Shown piece after piece: positions 28,801 to 37,501 of a stretch of 64,000 nt of DNA (its first letter is position 1; each line of letters opens with the position of its first letter). The notes under the pieces are model-generated. The model was not told the origin of the DNA and did no database searches. It worked only from the letters and a program-made list of their open reading frames with translations. Origin of the DNA: Pseudobdellovibrionaceae bacterium (GTDB taxonomy: Bacteria; Bdellovibrionota; Bdellovibrionia; Bdellovibrionales; UBA1609). The stretch spans positions 9,427-73,426 of the forward strand of contig JAYVPG010000069.1 in NCBI GenBank assembly GCA_043757545.1, read 5' to 3'. A program made the translations under genes and the position numbers.

Positions 28801-29814
28801 GTGAAACTCAATATTCCAGACGGCTTTCACACGCAAGGTTCCGGAACGGTGGCCATTCGTGGCGATGCCTTTCCCTACGTCATGGACCTGACCTATGACG
28901 TGAGCGGAGGCGAAGTCGTCTCGGAGTTTGGGGAAAACTCTTCAGGCAACTCGTCGGTAAAGGCAAGTGCATTTTTACCTCACTTTTTAGATCGCGAGAC
29001 TTTTCATCCATTTGATTTTTTACTCGATATCGGTTTAAAAAATCCAATTCTGGTGAACAATTCGCTAGTTCAGGCCTCGTGGACTGGACACATTCGGGCC
29101 AATGGAACTCCCGATCACCTGCTGCTCAATGGCTCACTCACTCCGGTCCCTGGTGGGAAGGTCTTTTTCAATGATGTCGCGTTCGATATTGGGTCGGCTT
29201 ATGTGGAATACTCGGGAAACCCGCCCGGCGATCCCAAAATTTATCTGACTGGAACTGCGCATGTGATCGAAAACGTAGTCGACGACAAGGGGGCAAGTGC
29301 CAACCAGTATGACGTGAGCTTGCTGGTTCAAGGACATGCGCAAGATCCACAGTTGAATTTGACCTCGCAGCCTCCGCTCGCCCAACGAGAAATCGTTTCA
29401 CTGCTCGCACTCGGAGTCACCGGTGCAGTTAGCGAGGAACGCAAAACCGGTGAGAATCAAACGGCAAACACATCTGCGGCGCTCGGCGCGGCCATTTTAA
29501 AAAAGGCCGGTGGCAAACGCGTGAAGGAATCATTCGGCGTTGACGTCAAACTGTCTTCGTCCCAATCCACAGTCGACACTGCTGCTTCTCCAAAAGTCAC
29601 TTTAAGCAAGCAGTGGACGCCAAAATTTGGCGCATCGGCATCGAGTACCCTCGAGTCAAATCCCAACAACAATGTGAAGCTCGAATACAAAATGAATAAG
29701 AGCGTTTCAGTGATCGGCTCATGGGACGGTCGAGAGACCCTGCATGACCAACAAAAAGATACGACTAAAAATATTTTGGGTCTAGACTTACAATACAAGG
29801 TGCCTTTTAAGTAA
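25801..29814 (+). CDS. tamB: TamB/AsmA-like translocation and assembly module protein (DUF490 C-terminus)
   Basis: 1337 aa. N-terminal anchor VAKLILLAVSGFSLGF, then a long beta-rich body. The C-terminal block YDVSLLVQGHAQDPQLNLTSQPPLAQREIVSLLALGVTG is typical of TamB. An Omp85 gene follows directly. Confidence 0.8.
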   Translation: MGGRRQLGINITRRTVAKLILLAVSGFSLGFAYNYHLPRIEAYLLGEVERVSQERSPIRIWAQRLHFHLVPLGVSLEEVRLLAQAPLDKYLAPATLHEVGAHLALLPLLRGELRLSQVYIRNSELNLFLRSDLFTDKKGPEKLRLDFDQLYQLPIDEFLLEDVQIQGRLEPQNVVFRVTNLNVTIENRYRSIFVEVNAPRVMVKPSGPVHPLNAQLELRTLIEASEMQVSAFKLKAGDSFVVASGKFNGDLAVGRFDTGMFEARSRLDLEDINAWENIFYLKPRIPRLEGRAEMDLGIELQKKKGYKFDVDVKTTGVEIDKYTVGQIQGHLTSNLKSISSDVMHLSNNSGKVDLIKLTINLEPKTTISAVVKVPGIEVHELLENLDVKHVPIMVPIKGEAECLAVLGDSPEVNCSGGFSAAKIHVDTGRPKFSTIVEAVDVRAKGQVKVTAKDVSYKGDLALGRNSAGHSDGVINYDKGFKINYQADNLDFAEVKNLVNLKFEGAMKINGSTTGTSHWATIDMSIDGKDLWLEDYPLGSATSKVNYKAGHLNFSALQGQFEVTRYTGQVDLDLDKDRIRMSGQIPFMDLKDVQSLFKRKVTLPIAMSGTGTGRLEAEGPLRFRDMSYDFRSSFFRGQMAGESFDEFVFQVKAKDGLVKSEKITLSKSSGVVDVKGQITPKGEMDCVAVGRSMRLEQSENILSMGLDLQGLADFTVLVRGQLPHPRVELNGRLSKVVLGDIAAEDSVFKLNFLDDRMEGSGQFLGTTLVSDFTFPYTSEAPFRFKLKTKKWDFITLFSLLSRSARQIDFNTSVTMDVNLSADHGGLWASSGRVDLSEFVIRKGSKSMAAEKPMIFIVKQGVVNSDNSVISAGDSYLKLDVAGLTKNALNASLNGKVDLSLLGLFTPFISDLRGNMAVSMDLKGTAEKPFVSGSAYIDRGYAKFSDFYHPVSNVRADILFNDNQILLNTIRGDIAGGKLSGDGKITFSGKSRPIDIKGSFSDVKLNIPDGFHTQGSGTVAIRGDAFPYVMDLTYDVSGGEVVSEFGENSSGNSSVKASAFLPHFLDRETFHPFDFLLDIGLKNPILVNNSLVQASWTGHIRANGTPDHLLLNGSLTPVPGGKVFFNDVAFDIGSAYVEYSGNPPGDPKIYLTGTAHVIENVVDDKGASANQYDVSLLVQGHAQDPQLNLTSQPPLAQREIVSLLALGVTGAVSEERKTGENQTANTSAALGAAILKKAGGKRVKESFGVDVKLSSSQSTVDTAASPKVTLSKQWTPKFGASASSTLESNPNNNVKLEYKMNKSVSVIGSWDGRETLHDQQKDTTKNILGLDLQYKVPFK

Positions 29815-32676
29815 ATGATGATCAATCGGATGGCTCTATTCACTGCGATGCTTTTCACCTTCCCAAGTTGGGCAACATCGCTGCATTTTCGCGATCTAAA
29901 TCCCAAAGACGAAGAGACCTTAAAGAAGGAATTGCCCCGTCTGTTCAAAGGTGAACCCGAACTTTCCACATTTGACGATGCGATTCGCATATTAATGCGC
30001 GACGGAACCTACGAAAATGTGTTTGTTGAGCGAGTCGGTGAAAACAGCTATGAGCTAATCGGCAAACCACTGCGCAAGGTGCAAGAGATTCGTTTTAGTG
30101 GCGTGCACGAGGTCTCGGAATCGGAACTTCGCGATTTGGTCGACTTTAAAACTGGTGATCGATTTGATCGCAAGCGAGCCGTGGCCTCTGGCGAGAAGAT
30201 GAAGAACTACTATGGTGAACATGGGTTCTTCAATACGGTCATTGAACTTGGCTTCCAGAAGACAGATTCCAAGGACATCCGCTTAGTCTTTGATGTTCAA
30301 GAAAGGCCTCCCTGCGTAATCAAGGGGCTGGAATTCGACACCCCCAATACCGACCTTAAGGCCCTCCTGCAAATGAAGTTCAAAAGTGTTTTGAATAGAC
30401 CGCTGACCACGGATCGAGTGCGGACAATGATGAAAGATCTCGATGAACAGCTAGTGGAAAGCCGCTACCTGGCCACCGAAGTCGTTGGACCAGACGCAAA
30501 ATACAATCCGGATAAAACCGAAGCTTACATGAAAATCGAAGTGCGTGAGCCGTACAAATCAGAATTCTATTTTGAGGGCAATAAGTACTTCACCTCTGTC
30601 GATGTTTATCGCGCACTCGATCTGCGCAATCGTGAGCGTAAAAACGTGGACCCCGCGAGTGAAGGTGCAGAACGCTTGCGTCGGGCTTATCTGGAGCGTG
30701 GATTTCCAAATATTCAAATCGAAACAAAGGTCAACAATGCAACAGGCTCGTTTCTTAAGCGGATTTACTACACGATCAATGAGGGTGCACGCGTTCGCAT
30801 TAGGGCCATCGAAGTGCAAGGGCGGATTTCGCGCGCCTCAAGTTACTATCAGGATTTTATCCTGAAAAATAGTTCCGATCTGATCGCGAAGGGGTTCTAC
30901 AATCGGCAGGATCTAGACAATGGCTTTAAAAATATGGTGACCGAACTACGCAATCAGGGATTTTTGCGCGCTCGCGTACTTTCTTCACGTATAGAGTACT
31001 CAGACAATAAAGACAAAGTGAGCGTTATTCTACTGCTTGAAGAGGGCCCACAGACTCAGATTCGGGGTTTAGATTTTACCGGCAATAAATTCTTCTCGAG
31101 CTTCGAACTCGCGAAAGTGACTGAGTTAGAGACCAACACCCCGCTACATTTAAACGATTTTGAACAAAGTCTGGAAAAGTTAAAGGCATTCTATCGCGAG
31201 CAGGGCTTTCTTGAAATGAAATTGCTCAACGAGAGTGAAGATCTCATCAAATACAACGACAAGGGAACCCAAGCGCGACTCACATTCCAAATCTACGAAG
31301 GTCCGCGCGTTCGCGTTCACGCCATCGTGGTGGACGGAAACCAAATGACTAAAACGTCGGTCATTTTGAAGGAGGCCGACTTCAGTTTGGGAGAGATCTT
31401 AACGCCACAAAAAATTGACGATGCGACAGCCCGCCTAAATAAATTGGGATTATTTTCTCGCGCCGACGTGCGCACTTTAGAAGAAGGGACAACGGTCAGC
31501 GAGCGCACTCTCGTAATCTCGGTTACCGAACGCGATCCCGGCGTATTTACGTTCGGTGGAGGCGTGACCAATGAGCGAAATCTGACTTTGCGCGGATACT
31601 CTGGCGCCAGCTACAACAACCTTTGGGGCACAGCCCGCGCCATCAGTCTACGCGGTGAATTGCGCTCGAATGTCGCCGAAGTAAAGTATCCTGAAAACGA
31701 AGTCACCGCCGGGTACTTGGAACCATTTTTGTTCAATACGCGCACTCGCGGACGGGTCAATCTGACGCGATCGGAATACGTCTTCGATTACGTCGCGCAG
31801 CCTGATCAATACACTGAGATCGTGGTTAAAAATCGAGTCGACCTCTTGATTGAGCGCGATCTCACTCAGCACACCAAACTCACCTACAAAGCCTGGAGTT
31901 TAGAGTCGCGTAAAGACTTTGAACGTTATGACCGCTGCCTTCCCGATCCGACTGCGCTAGCAGGCAGTCCCGAATCGAAATTCGATCCAAAGCGAGGACT
32001 ATGTTCACCCAAAACGATGCAAGTCGCGACCGTCGGTCCGCAACTCGACGTCGACTATCGCGACAATCCTTTTCTGCCCACTAAAGGATCCTTTACCCGA
32101 TTTTTCGTGGACTACTCGAACCCCGCAATCGCAAGCTCGAAAGGCGTTGAGTTTGTTAAAACAGATTTAGAAGTGCGCTACTATCAACGCCTGGGATCAC
32201 CCCGCTATATTTGGGCAAATGCGGTCCGAGGCGGCTACCTAAAAAACTTGAGTCGCGACGCCGACAGCGGAGTCCCGACCGATTGGGCCTATGTTCTCGG
32301 AGGCATTTACACGGTTCGTGGATTCGATTTATCGAGTCCCAAAGAGCGAATTCCCAAAGATGGGAATGGTGGATTCAAACTTGGTCAAGCCAACGAAAAG
32401 TTAATCAAAGACGAATCGAATTTCTATCTAGTCAAATCCGAATTTCGCTTTCCGATTTATGGCGATTTCGGTGGCGTGGTTTTCTACGATGGTGGTTCCG
32501 TGAAAATCGTCGGCTACAAGGGCTACGACCTCCATCGCCCCTATCGTGATGCGGCTGGTTTTGGGTTTCGACTCAATACTCCGGTCGGGCCGGTCGCACT
32601 TGATTTTGCATTTAAGATTCGCCCTGAAGAGGGTGAAGAGAGCATGCGCTTTCACTTTTCAATCGGAACTTTCTAG
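29815..32676 (+). CDS. bamA: Omp85-family outer membrane protein assembly factor (BamA-type, long POTRA region)
   Basis: 953 aa. Signal peptide, then a region of about 550 aa of repeated POTRA-like units (VQEIRFSGVHEVSESELRDLV; IKGLEFD; IRAIEVQGRI; IRGLDFTGNKFFS; VHAIVVDGNQMTK). The C-terminal barrel ends in ...MRFHFSIGTF*. Confidence 0.88.
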   Translation: MMINRMALFTAMLFTFPSWATSLHFRDLNPKDEETLKKELPRLFKGEPELSTFDDAIRILMRDGTYENVFVERVGENSYELIGKPLRKVQEIRFSGVHEVSESELRDLVDFKTGDRFDRKRAVASGEKMKNYYGEHGFFNTVIELGFQKTDSKDIRLVFDVQERPPCVIKGLEFDTPNTDLKALLQMKFKSVLNRPLTTDRVRTMMKDLDEQLVESRYLATEVVGPDAKYNPDKTEAYMKIEVREPYKSEFYFEGNKYFTSVDVYRALDLRNRERKNVDPASEGAERLRRAYLERGFPNIQIETKVNNATGSFLKRIYYTINEGARVRIRAIEVQGRISRASSYYQDFILKNSSDLIAKGFYNRQDLDNGFKNMVTELRNQGFLRARVLSSRIEYSDNKDKVSVILLLEEGPQTQIRGLDFTGNKFFSSFELAKVTELETNTPLHLNDFEQSLEKLKAFYREQGFLEMKLLNESEDLIKYNDKGTQARLTFQIYEGPRVRVHAIVVDGNQMTKTSVILKEADFSLGEILTPQKIDDATARLNKLGLFSRADVRTLEEGTTVSERTLVISVTERDPGVFTFGGGVTNERNLTLRGYSGASYNNLWGTARAISLRGELRSNVAEVKYPENEVTAGYLEPFLFNTRTRGRVNLTRSEYVFDYVAQPDQYTEIVVKNRVDLLIERDLTQHTKLTYKAWSLESRKDFERYDRCLPDPTALAGSPESKFDPKRGLCSPKTMQVATVGPQLDVDYRDNPFLPTKGSFTRFFVDYSNPAIASSKGVEFVKTDLEVRYYQRLGSPRYIWANAVRGGYLKNLSRDADSGVPTDWAYVLGGIYTVRGFDLSSPKERIPKDGNGGFKLGQANEKLIKDESNFYLVKSEFRFPIYGDFGGVVFYDGGSVKIVGYKGYDLHRPYRDAAGFGFRLNTPVGPVALDFAFKIRPEEGEESMRFHFSIGTF

Positions 32677-33461
32677 TCGGCAGTCTTCTCTAAAACACTT
32701 GAATATATCGGTCCACAGCCGCTGGTGTCGGGCAGAACAATCCACCCATGTCGCGTGGCCTCGCCCATCGCTTCAGCAACAGGAACTATGCGAAAAAGTC
32801 CCTCTCGACTCTTCAACAGCTTGTCGATCACACCATCGTTCTCAAGCGGAGAAATCGAACACGTTGAATAAACCGCACGGCCGCCGACGCGCAGACAATC
32901 GATCGCCGAACATAAAAGTGCATTCTGCCGCACAGCTAAGCGTTTACTTCCTTTCGCCGACCAGCGCGCGAGTTCTTTTGCTGATTGCAGAAGATGGCGC
33001 TCGCCCGAGCACGGCGCATCGACTAAGATTTTATCGAACTCACCGGGATAGCGGCGCCCCCAGAGACTGGCGTCGCCGCGACTAAATCGGACCTTGGCCA
33101 GAATCTCTTTGGGCAGACAGTCGTGAAACACCGCCTTCAGTCGAGTCACTCGAGCTGGAGAAAGGTCATTGCAATACCAGTCCGCCTGACCACGTAAAGT
33201 AAAGATCGCGCTCAATGCTTTGCCGCCTGGACTCGCGCAGAAGTCAGCCACGCGCTCGCCGGCTTGGATCTCTAGGAGTTTCACCGGGCCAAGTGAGGCC
33301 TCATCTAAAGTGTAGGCTTGATAGGGCTCGCCGAAAGGATTTTGCAGCGTGGCCTTGCGTGCAGAGCTCAATAGCGCCGAGCGCAGCGAGCTCCACCGAG
33401 CCCCATAAATCTCAGTGAAGTAGTTGTCGAATTCCTGCTCCGCAGACTCTCGTTTTTTCAC
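32673..33461 (-). CDS. RsmB/RsmF-like RNA m5C methyltransferase (NOL1/NOP2/Sun family)
   Basis: SAM and catalytic motifs: DFCASPGGKA, ILVDAPCSGE, VYSTCS. Confidence 0.85.
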   Translation of the reverse strand: MKKRESAEQEFDNYFTEIYGARWSSLRSALLSSARKATLQNPFGEPYQAYTLDEASLGPVKLLEIQAGERVADFCASPGGKALSAIFTLRGQADWYCNDLSPARVTRLKAVFHDCLPKEILAKVRFSRGDASLWGRRYPGEFDKILVDAPCSGERHLLQSAKELARWSAKGSKRLAVRQNALLCSAIDCLRVGGRAVYSTCSISPLENDGVIDKLLKSREGLFRIVPVAEAMGEATRHGWIVLPDTSGCGPIYSSVLEKTAD

Positions 33462-33589
33462 GCTTTATACCTTGGCCTACATTTCATCTAGTGCGAACGA
33501 ATTTTACACGCAAGTTTAACCACACCCTTAGAATAAAGGGAAGCCGAGTGCCAGGAAGACGCTCGACCGATCTCCAGGAGGGATTTTTT

Positions 33590-34456
33590 ATGCGCCGGCT
33601 GCTTGGTTCGTTGAGCCTACTAGGCGCCCTCTCACTCTCGCTTCATCTCGCTTTGGCCACGGAACGACCCAAGGTTATCTACGGTAAAGACAATCGACTC
33701 GACTACTACCAAGTCAGCGAAGACCCTATCAAACGGCTGGCGGATTCAACCGTTGCCCTGATTCGCGCTGCGGATTTAAGTACCATCGGGTCCGACACGG
33801 GAATTCACACTGTACCCTACGGGAGTAAAAACGCACTTTGCTCAAGTGAGCCATTTTACAATCAAGGAACGGCCGCCAATTGCTCTGGATTTCTGGTCTC
33901 ACCCGATCTCGTTGTCACTGCCGGGCACTGCATGTTCAGTCAAACTCAATGCGACGAAACTCGTTTTGTCTTTGGCTTTCAAATTCAGAAAGAAAACATC
34001 ATGCCGACATCTGTTCCGACCTCTTTGGTTTTCAAATGTAAAGAGCTGGTGAAAACGACTTCGCGGGTGAAGGATGATGATTTTGCAGTGATCCGCTTAG
34101 ATCGGCCAGTGACTCACACGCTCCCACTTCCCTATCGACAGATTGGTTCGGTGGCAGTCGGAGATAGTCTATCGGTGATCGGATATCCTTATGGACTGCC
34201 GGTGAAGATTGCCGGAGGCGCACAAGTGCGAGCGCTTCAGGCAAAATATCTAACTGCAAATCTTGACACCTACAATGGAAACTCGGGTTCGCCGGTGTTC
34301 AATGCGGTCACTGGAAATGTGGAAGGAATTTTGGTCAACGGAGAAAAAGATTTTCAACTGCAAAATGGCTGCTATGTCTCAAATCTTTGCCCCGACGACG
34401 GCTGCAAAGGCGAAGACGCGACTCTGATTGAGCGCGTCCTACCATTCTTAAAATAA
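33590..34456 (+). CDS. Secreted trypsin-like serine protease (S1 family)
   Basis: Trimmed to ATG 33590, with AGGAGGG upstream. Signal peptide MRRLLGSLSLLGALSLSLHLALA. Catalytic triad context: VTAGHC, DFAVIRLD, GNSGSPV. Confidence 0.85.
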   Translation: MRRLLGSLSLLGALSLSLHLALATERPKVIYGKDNRLDYYQVSEDPIKRLADSTVALIRAADLSTIGSDTGIHTVPYGSKNALCSSEPFYNQGTAANCSGFLVSPDLVVTAGHCMFSQTQCDETRFVFGFQIQKENIMPTSVPTSLVFKCKELVKTTSRVKDDDFAVIRLDRPVTHTLPLPYRQIGSVAVGDSLSVIGYPYGLPVKIAGGAQVRALQAKYLTANLDTYNGNSGSPVFNAVTGNVEGILVNGEKDFQLQNGCYVSNLCPDDGCKGEDATLIERVLPFLK

Positions 34457-34457
34457 T

Positions 34458-35936
34458 CTACGGACAACCGTGGTACTTTCCGGCTTTGCAATGTTGGCTA
34501 ATAATCTGGGTGCTCAGCGCAAACAGACTGGGTCCATATTTGCCTTGCACATCAGAGGCTGGACCACGACTTGCACTAGCTGCTGACGTCGTACCACCAG
34601 TGCCCGCCACTTCACGACCACTGCCGACTGAACTGACTTGGTAGTTCGAACCACCGGCACTCGCGCCCGCAGCAGAAGAGCTGCTGCCTAGACTCGCGCC
34701 TTCACGAACCGCGGCTCCCGCTACAGATCGTACAACCGTGGCACCGCCACTCACTGCCACGCCCGAGCCCGGAACAACAACGGGAGCTCCACTCACTCCA
34801 CCGCCGCCGAGCGGTACTCCGGAGGCTGCCGCGGATGAACCAGGACTTCCTCCTCCAGGCAAAATCACGGGAATTCCAGTCGCCACTTGGCCGGGAACCT
34901 GAGCTCCGCCGCCATTGGCATAGTTAGGATTCGAAAACGCCGGATCGGTAGGACAAGAGACCTTTGCGTTGGCGATTTGATCCGGAGAATTTTGCGCCAA
35001 ACAAAGTGCCGGATTAGCGACACAGGCTTGGCTTTGACTCGCGCTCAAATGTAAACAGCTCGGACATGATTCACGTCCCGAAGTCTTACAGAAATTTCCC
35101 GCAACTATATTTTGGCAATAGGGAGTCCCAAGTCCCGTGCCACTTCCCGCCAAATTGATTTGCACAACCGCGCCACTACCCAACTTCTTTTCTGTCTGCG
35201 TTCCTGTAGTCGTCGTCCCCGCACAATACCGTTCGTTGAACGCAGAGCAGTTCGCAGAGACGGTTGTTGAGGTCGCACTACTTGCACACGTCGACGATAG
35301 ATATTGATCACAATCTGAATATTTCGCGGCATCTCTTTTACTGCAATCAATGGAACCGTTGGGTTGCAACGCTCCACCTTCGTCTTTATCTTTATTCGCA
35401 TTCTTGCCCAACATGTAGCCGAGCAGACCAGCGCCCGCCGCCATAGCTAAGGGCGCGATCATTCCCATTCCGTCTCCAGACCCTGAATTGGTCGCCGTAT
35501 TTCCCGCATCCGTCGACTGCTGATTGAAGGCATCGGACTGACCGCCAAAATCATCGGCGCGAGCTTGGACGGCATCTTCGCAACTCGAAACATCCTTTTG
35601 GCTACATTTCGTTTTGCATTCAGACTTTTTGCCCTCACAAGCCTTGGCAGCATCAGCAAACCCTTTGGCACCAGCAGCGGTGCTTCCCGATAGGCCCGCG
35701 GCGGCGCCGTTCATGCCTTGTTTTGCGGCGTCGCCCATACCAGCCTGAACGCCAGCCGCGGTAGCTCCGCCAAGTTTATCGCACTCTTTGATAATCGGTT
35801 TTGCGCAACTCGGAGCCTCGGCATTGGCGCCGTTCTCCGCGAGTGGCGCGATCGCCATCGCAAAAGCGACAGCCAAGTGAATTGAAAAACGTTGGGGATG
35901 GAACATGGCACACCTCTTTTTATTTAAAGACTTCAT
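34458..35936 (-). CDS. Secreted cysteine-patterned, Gly/Ser/Ala-rich protein (paralog B)
   Basis: ATG 35936 overlaps the upstream TGA (ATGA). The signal-like N-terminus ends ...PLAENGANA-EA. I count about 20 Cys after the signal. It shares with paralog A the blocks RYC, CPSC.H.S, DPAF.NP and the C-terminal GPS.F..S..IS..C..G...(H/G)CP. It has long GGxS/A tracts. Confidence 0.7.
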   Translation of the reverse strand: MKSLNKKRCAMFHPQRFSIHLAVAFAMAIAPLAENGANAEAPSCAKPIIKECDKLGGATAAGVQAGMGDAAKQGMNGAAAGLSGSTAAGAKGFADAAKACEGKKSECKTKCSQKDVSSCEDAVQARADDFGGQSDAFNQQSTDAGNTATNSGSGDGMGMIAPLAMAAGAGLLGYMLGKNANKDKDEGGALQPNGSIDCSKRDAAKYSDCDQYLSSTCASSATSTTVSANCSAFNERYCAGTTTTGTQTEKKLGSGAVVQINLAGSGTGLGTPYCQNIVAGNFCKTSGRESCPSCLHLSASQSQACVANPALCLAQNSPDQIANAKVSCPTDPAFSNPNYANGGGAQVPGQVATGIPVILPGGGSPGSSAAASGVPLGGGGVSGAPVVVPGSGVAVSGGATVVRSVAGAAVREGASLGSSSSAAGASAGGSNYQVSSVGSGREVAGTGGTTSAASASRGPASDVQGKYGPSLFALSTQIISQHCKAGKYHGCP

Positions 35937-37297
35937 TTTAATTTTCCAGGGCAATGTAAAAACCGACCATTGCGACATCGGGCTGAAATCACTTCACTCG
36001 AAATCATAAACACACTTGGACCGGTTCCCTTGGAGGCGACATCCGTCACACTCTGCTGCATCCCATTGTCGCCGACCGACGCCATCGCGCGTTTACCTCC
36101 GGCAAAGGATGCGGAAAACCGACTATTGTCTCCGCCAGAGTCTGAGTTCTGCGCGGAGCCTCCGCCGCCACCACCACCGTCGACGCCAAGTCCAGAAACC
36201 GCGTGGAAGGCACCGTCATTCGCCGCATTCGCATTCTTATTACCGGCCGCACCAGTCGCCGCAACGGAAGCGCTCGATCCCATTCCTGAACCACCACCCG
36301 AGCCGCCGCCTCCGCCGCCCGCACCGGCGACAGCACTCCCAAGCTTGTTCGCGATTTCAGGATTTGCAAACGCCGGGTCATTGGCGCAGATCTCGGGAAG
36401 CTGAACTCCAGGAGCAGGCGATTCATGTGAGCAGCTTGGACATTTCTGTGCCTCAGGATTGCGTTCACAAAAATCACTGGCGATTGTCGTCGTACAAAAT
36501 GAACTCGTTTTTCCTTCACCGGCCTTGAGTGCACCCGCAGAACTTTGCCCCGAGCTCCCCTGCCCTTTGCAGTAGCGCGCCGTGAAGCTTTCGCAAACCG
36601 GAGTTCGCTTGGCGTTGCCAACACAATTTTTCATCAACTGATCTGCACATTGATCAAACAGGTAGGCGTTTTCACTATCGCAACTGGTTTTCGTATTCAC
36701 TGCCGCCGTCGGCATCACATCCTTGGCAGGAAGTTCAGGAGTCGTCGTTGATTCTGGAGCAGGACTGTCCGCGGCTGGTGAAGCCTGAGGCATCTGTGGC
36801 GCTTGCGCCTGTTGACTGGAGTCTTTTGCTTGATCCGAATTTTTACTTAGACCTTTTGCGGCCGCCTCGTGCTTCGCGATTTCAGGATCGAGTTTTGAAT
36901 CACAACTTTGTTGGATATTTTTTGCGGTCGCGCTGTCTGGACTGCAGGTCACGGCGGCACAGGGTGAATCACAATAATTTTGTTTAGCCTGGCGACAGGA
37001 ATTCGCGGCAGCTTGGGCGGCTTGGGCACCTGAGGACGCGACCCCACTTAAATTTTGCCCATTTGATGATATTCCGCCAGTCGGTGCGGCTTGGCTTGCG
37101 GTCGCGGCCATCTTACTTTCAATGCCCTCAGCAAGCTTACCCGCCGCTTTGCACGCGGGCTCCGCCTTCTGACTTTCCTGCCGACACTTTTGTAGTGGAC
37201 CCGGATCACAGCCCATTGCGTGCGCATCCGGCACACAAAACGACGTGAGCAAAAGGCTCAATAGAATAAGGGCGGGCCGTTGGGACAAAACCGGCAT
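35933..37297 (-). CDS. Secreted cysteine-patterned, Gly/Ser/Ala-rich protein (paralog A)
   Basis: Signal peptide MPVLSQRPALILLSLLLTSFCVPDAHA. I count about 20 Cys after the signal. Poly-Gly tracts (GGGGGGSGGGSG, GGGGGGGS). The C-terminal GPSVFMISSEVISARCRNGRFLHCP matches paralog B. Confidence 0.7.
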   Translation of the reverse strand: MPVLSQRPALILLSLLLTSFCVPDAHAMGCDPGPLQKCRQESQKAEPACKAAGKLAEGIESKMAATASQAAPTGGISSNGQNLSGVASSGAQAAQAAANSCRQAKQNYCDSPCAAVTCSPDSATAKNIQQSCDSKLDPEIAKHEAAAKGLSKNSDQAKDSSQQAQAPQMPQASPAADSPAPESTTTPELPAKDVMPTAAVNTKTSCDSENAYLFDQCADQLMKNCVGNAKRTPVCESFTARYCKGQGSSGQSSAGALKAGEGKTSSFCTTTIASDFCERNPEAQKCPSCSHESPAPGVQLPEICANDPAFANPEIANKLGSAVAGAGGGGGGSGGGSGMGSSASVAATGAAGNKNANAANDGAFHAVSGLGVDGGGGGGGSAQNSDSGGDNSRFSASFAGGKRAMASVGDNGMQQSVTDVASKGTGPSVFMISSEVISARCRNGRFLHCPGKLK

Positions 37298-37501
37298 ATC
37301 TATATATTATGCCTCTATAAATACCGAGTTCTCGAGGCAAAATCGAAGTCTCTTCCGAAGATCAAATACTTACGGAGGTCGCCGTCTCACCTTGAGACAT
37401 GACGCAGCGGCACTCAAGCGGGGGCGACAGCAACTTTATTTGAGGTATAAGTCATTTTGATCGGACCTTGACGGTGCTGAAATCGGCTTCAAATTTCAAG
37501 T

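Noticed and set aside
36170-36320. Runs of GGN/GCC codons (CCGCCGCCACCACCACCG and similar) that might act as slippage-prone simple repeats or a phase-variation tract.
   Set aside because: The tracts are imperfect at the nucleotide level, with mixed codons. They are better explained as poly-Gly/Ala coding than as a contingency repeat.
35970-36987. Several 70-190-aa ORFs on both strands inside the Cys/Gly-rich paralog A gene (for example 36016-36528 + and 36046-36624 -).
   Set aside because: The GC-rich GGN/GCN codon runs keep all frames open. The translations are Pro/Arg/Ser-rich nonsense. Only the annotated frame yields a signal peptide and the blocks conserved between paralogs.
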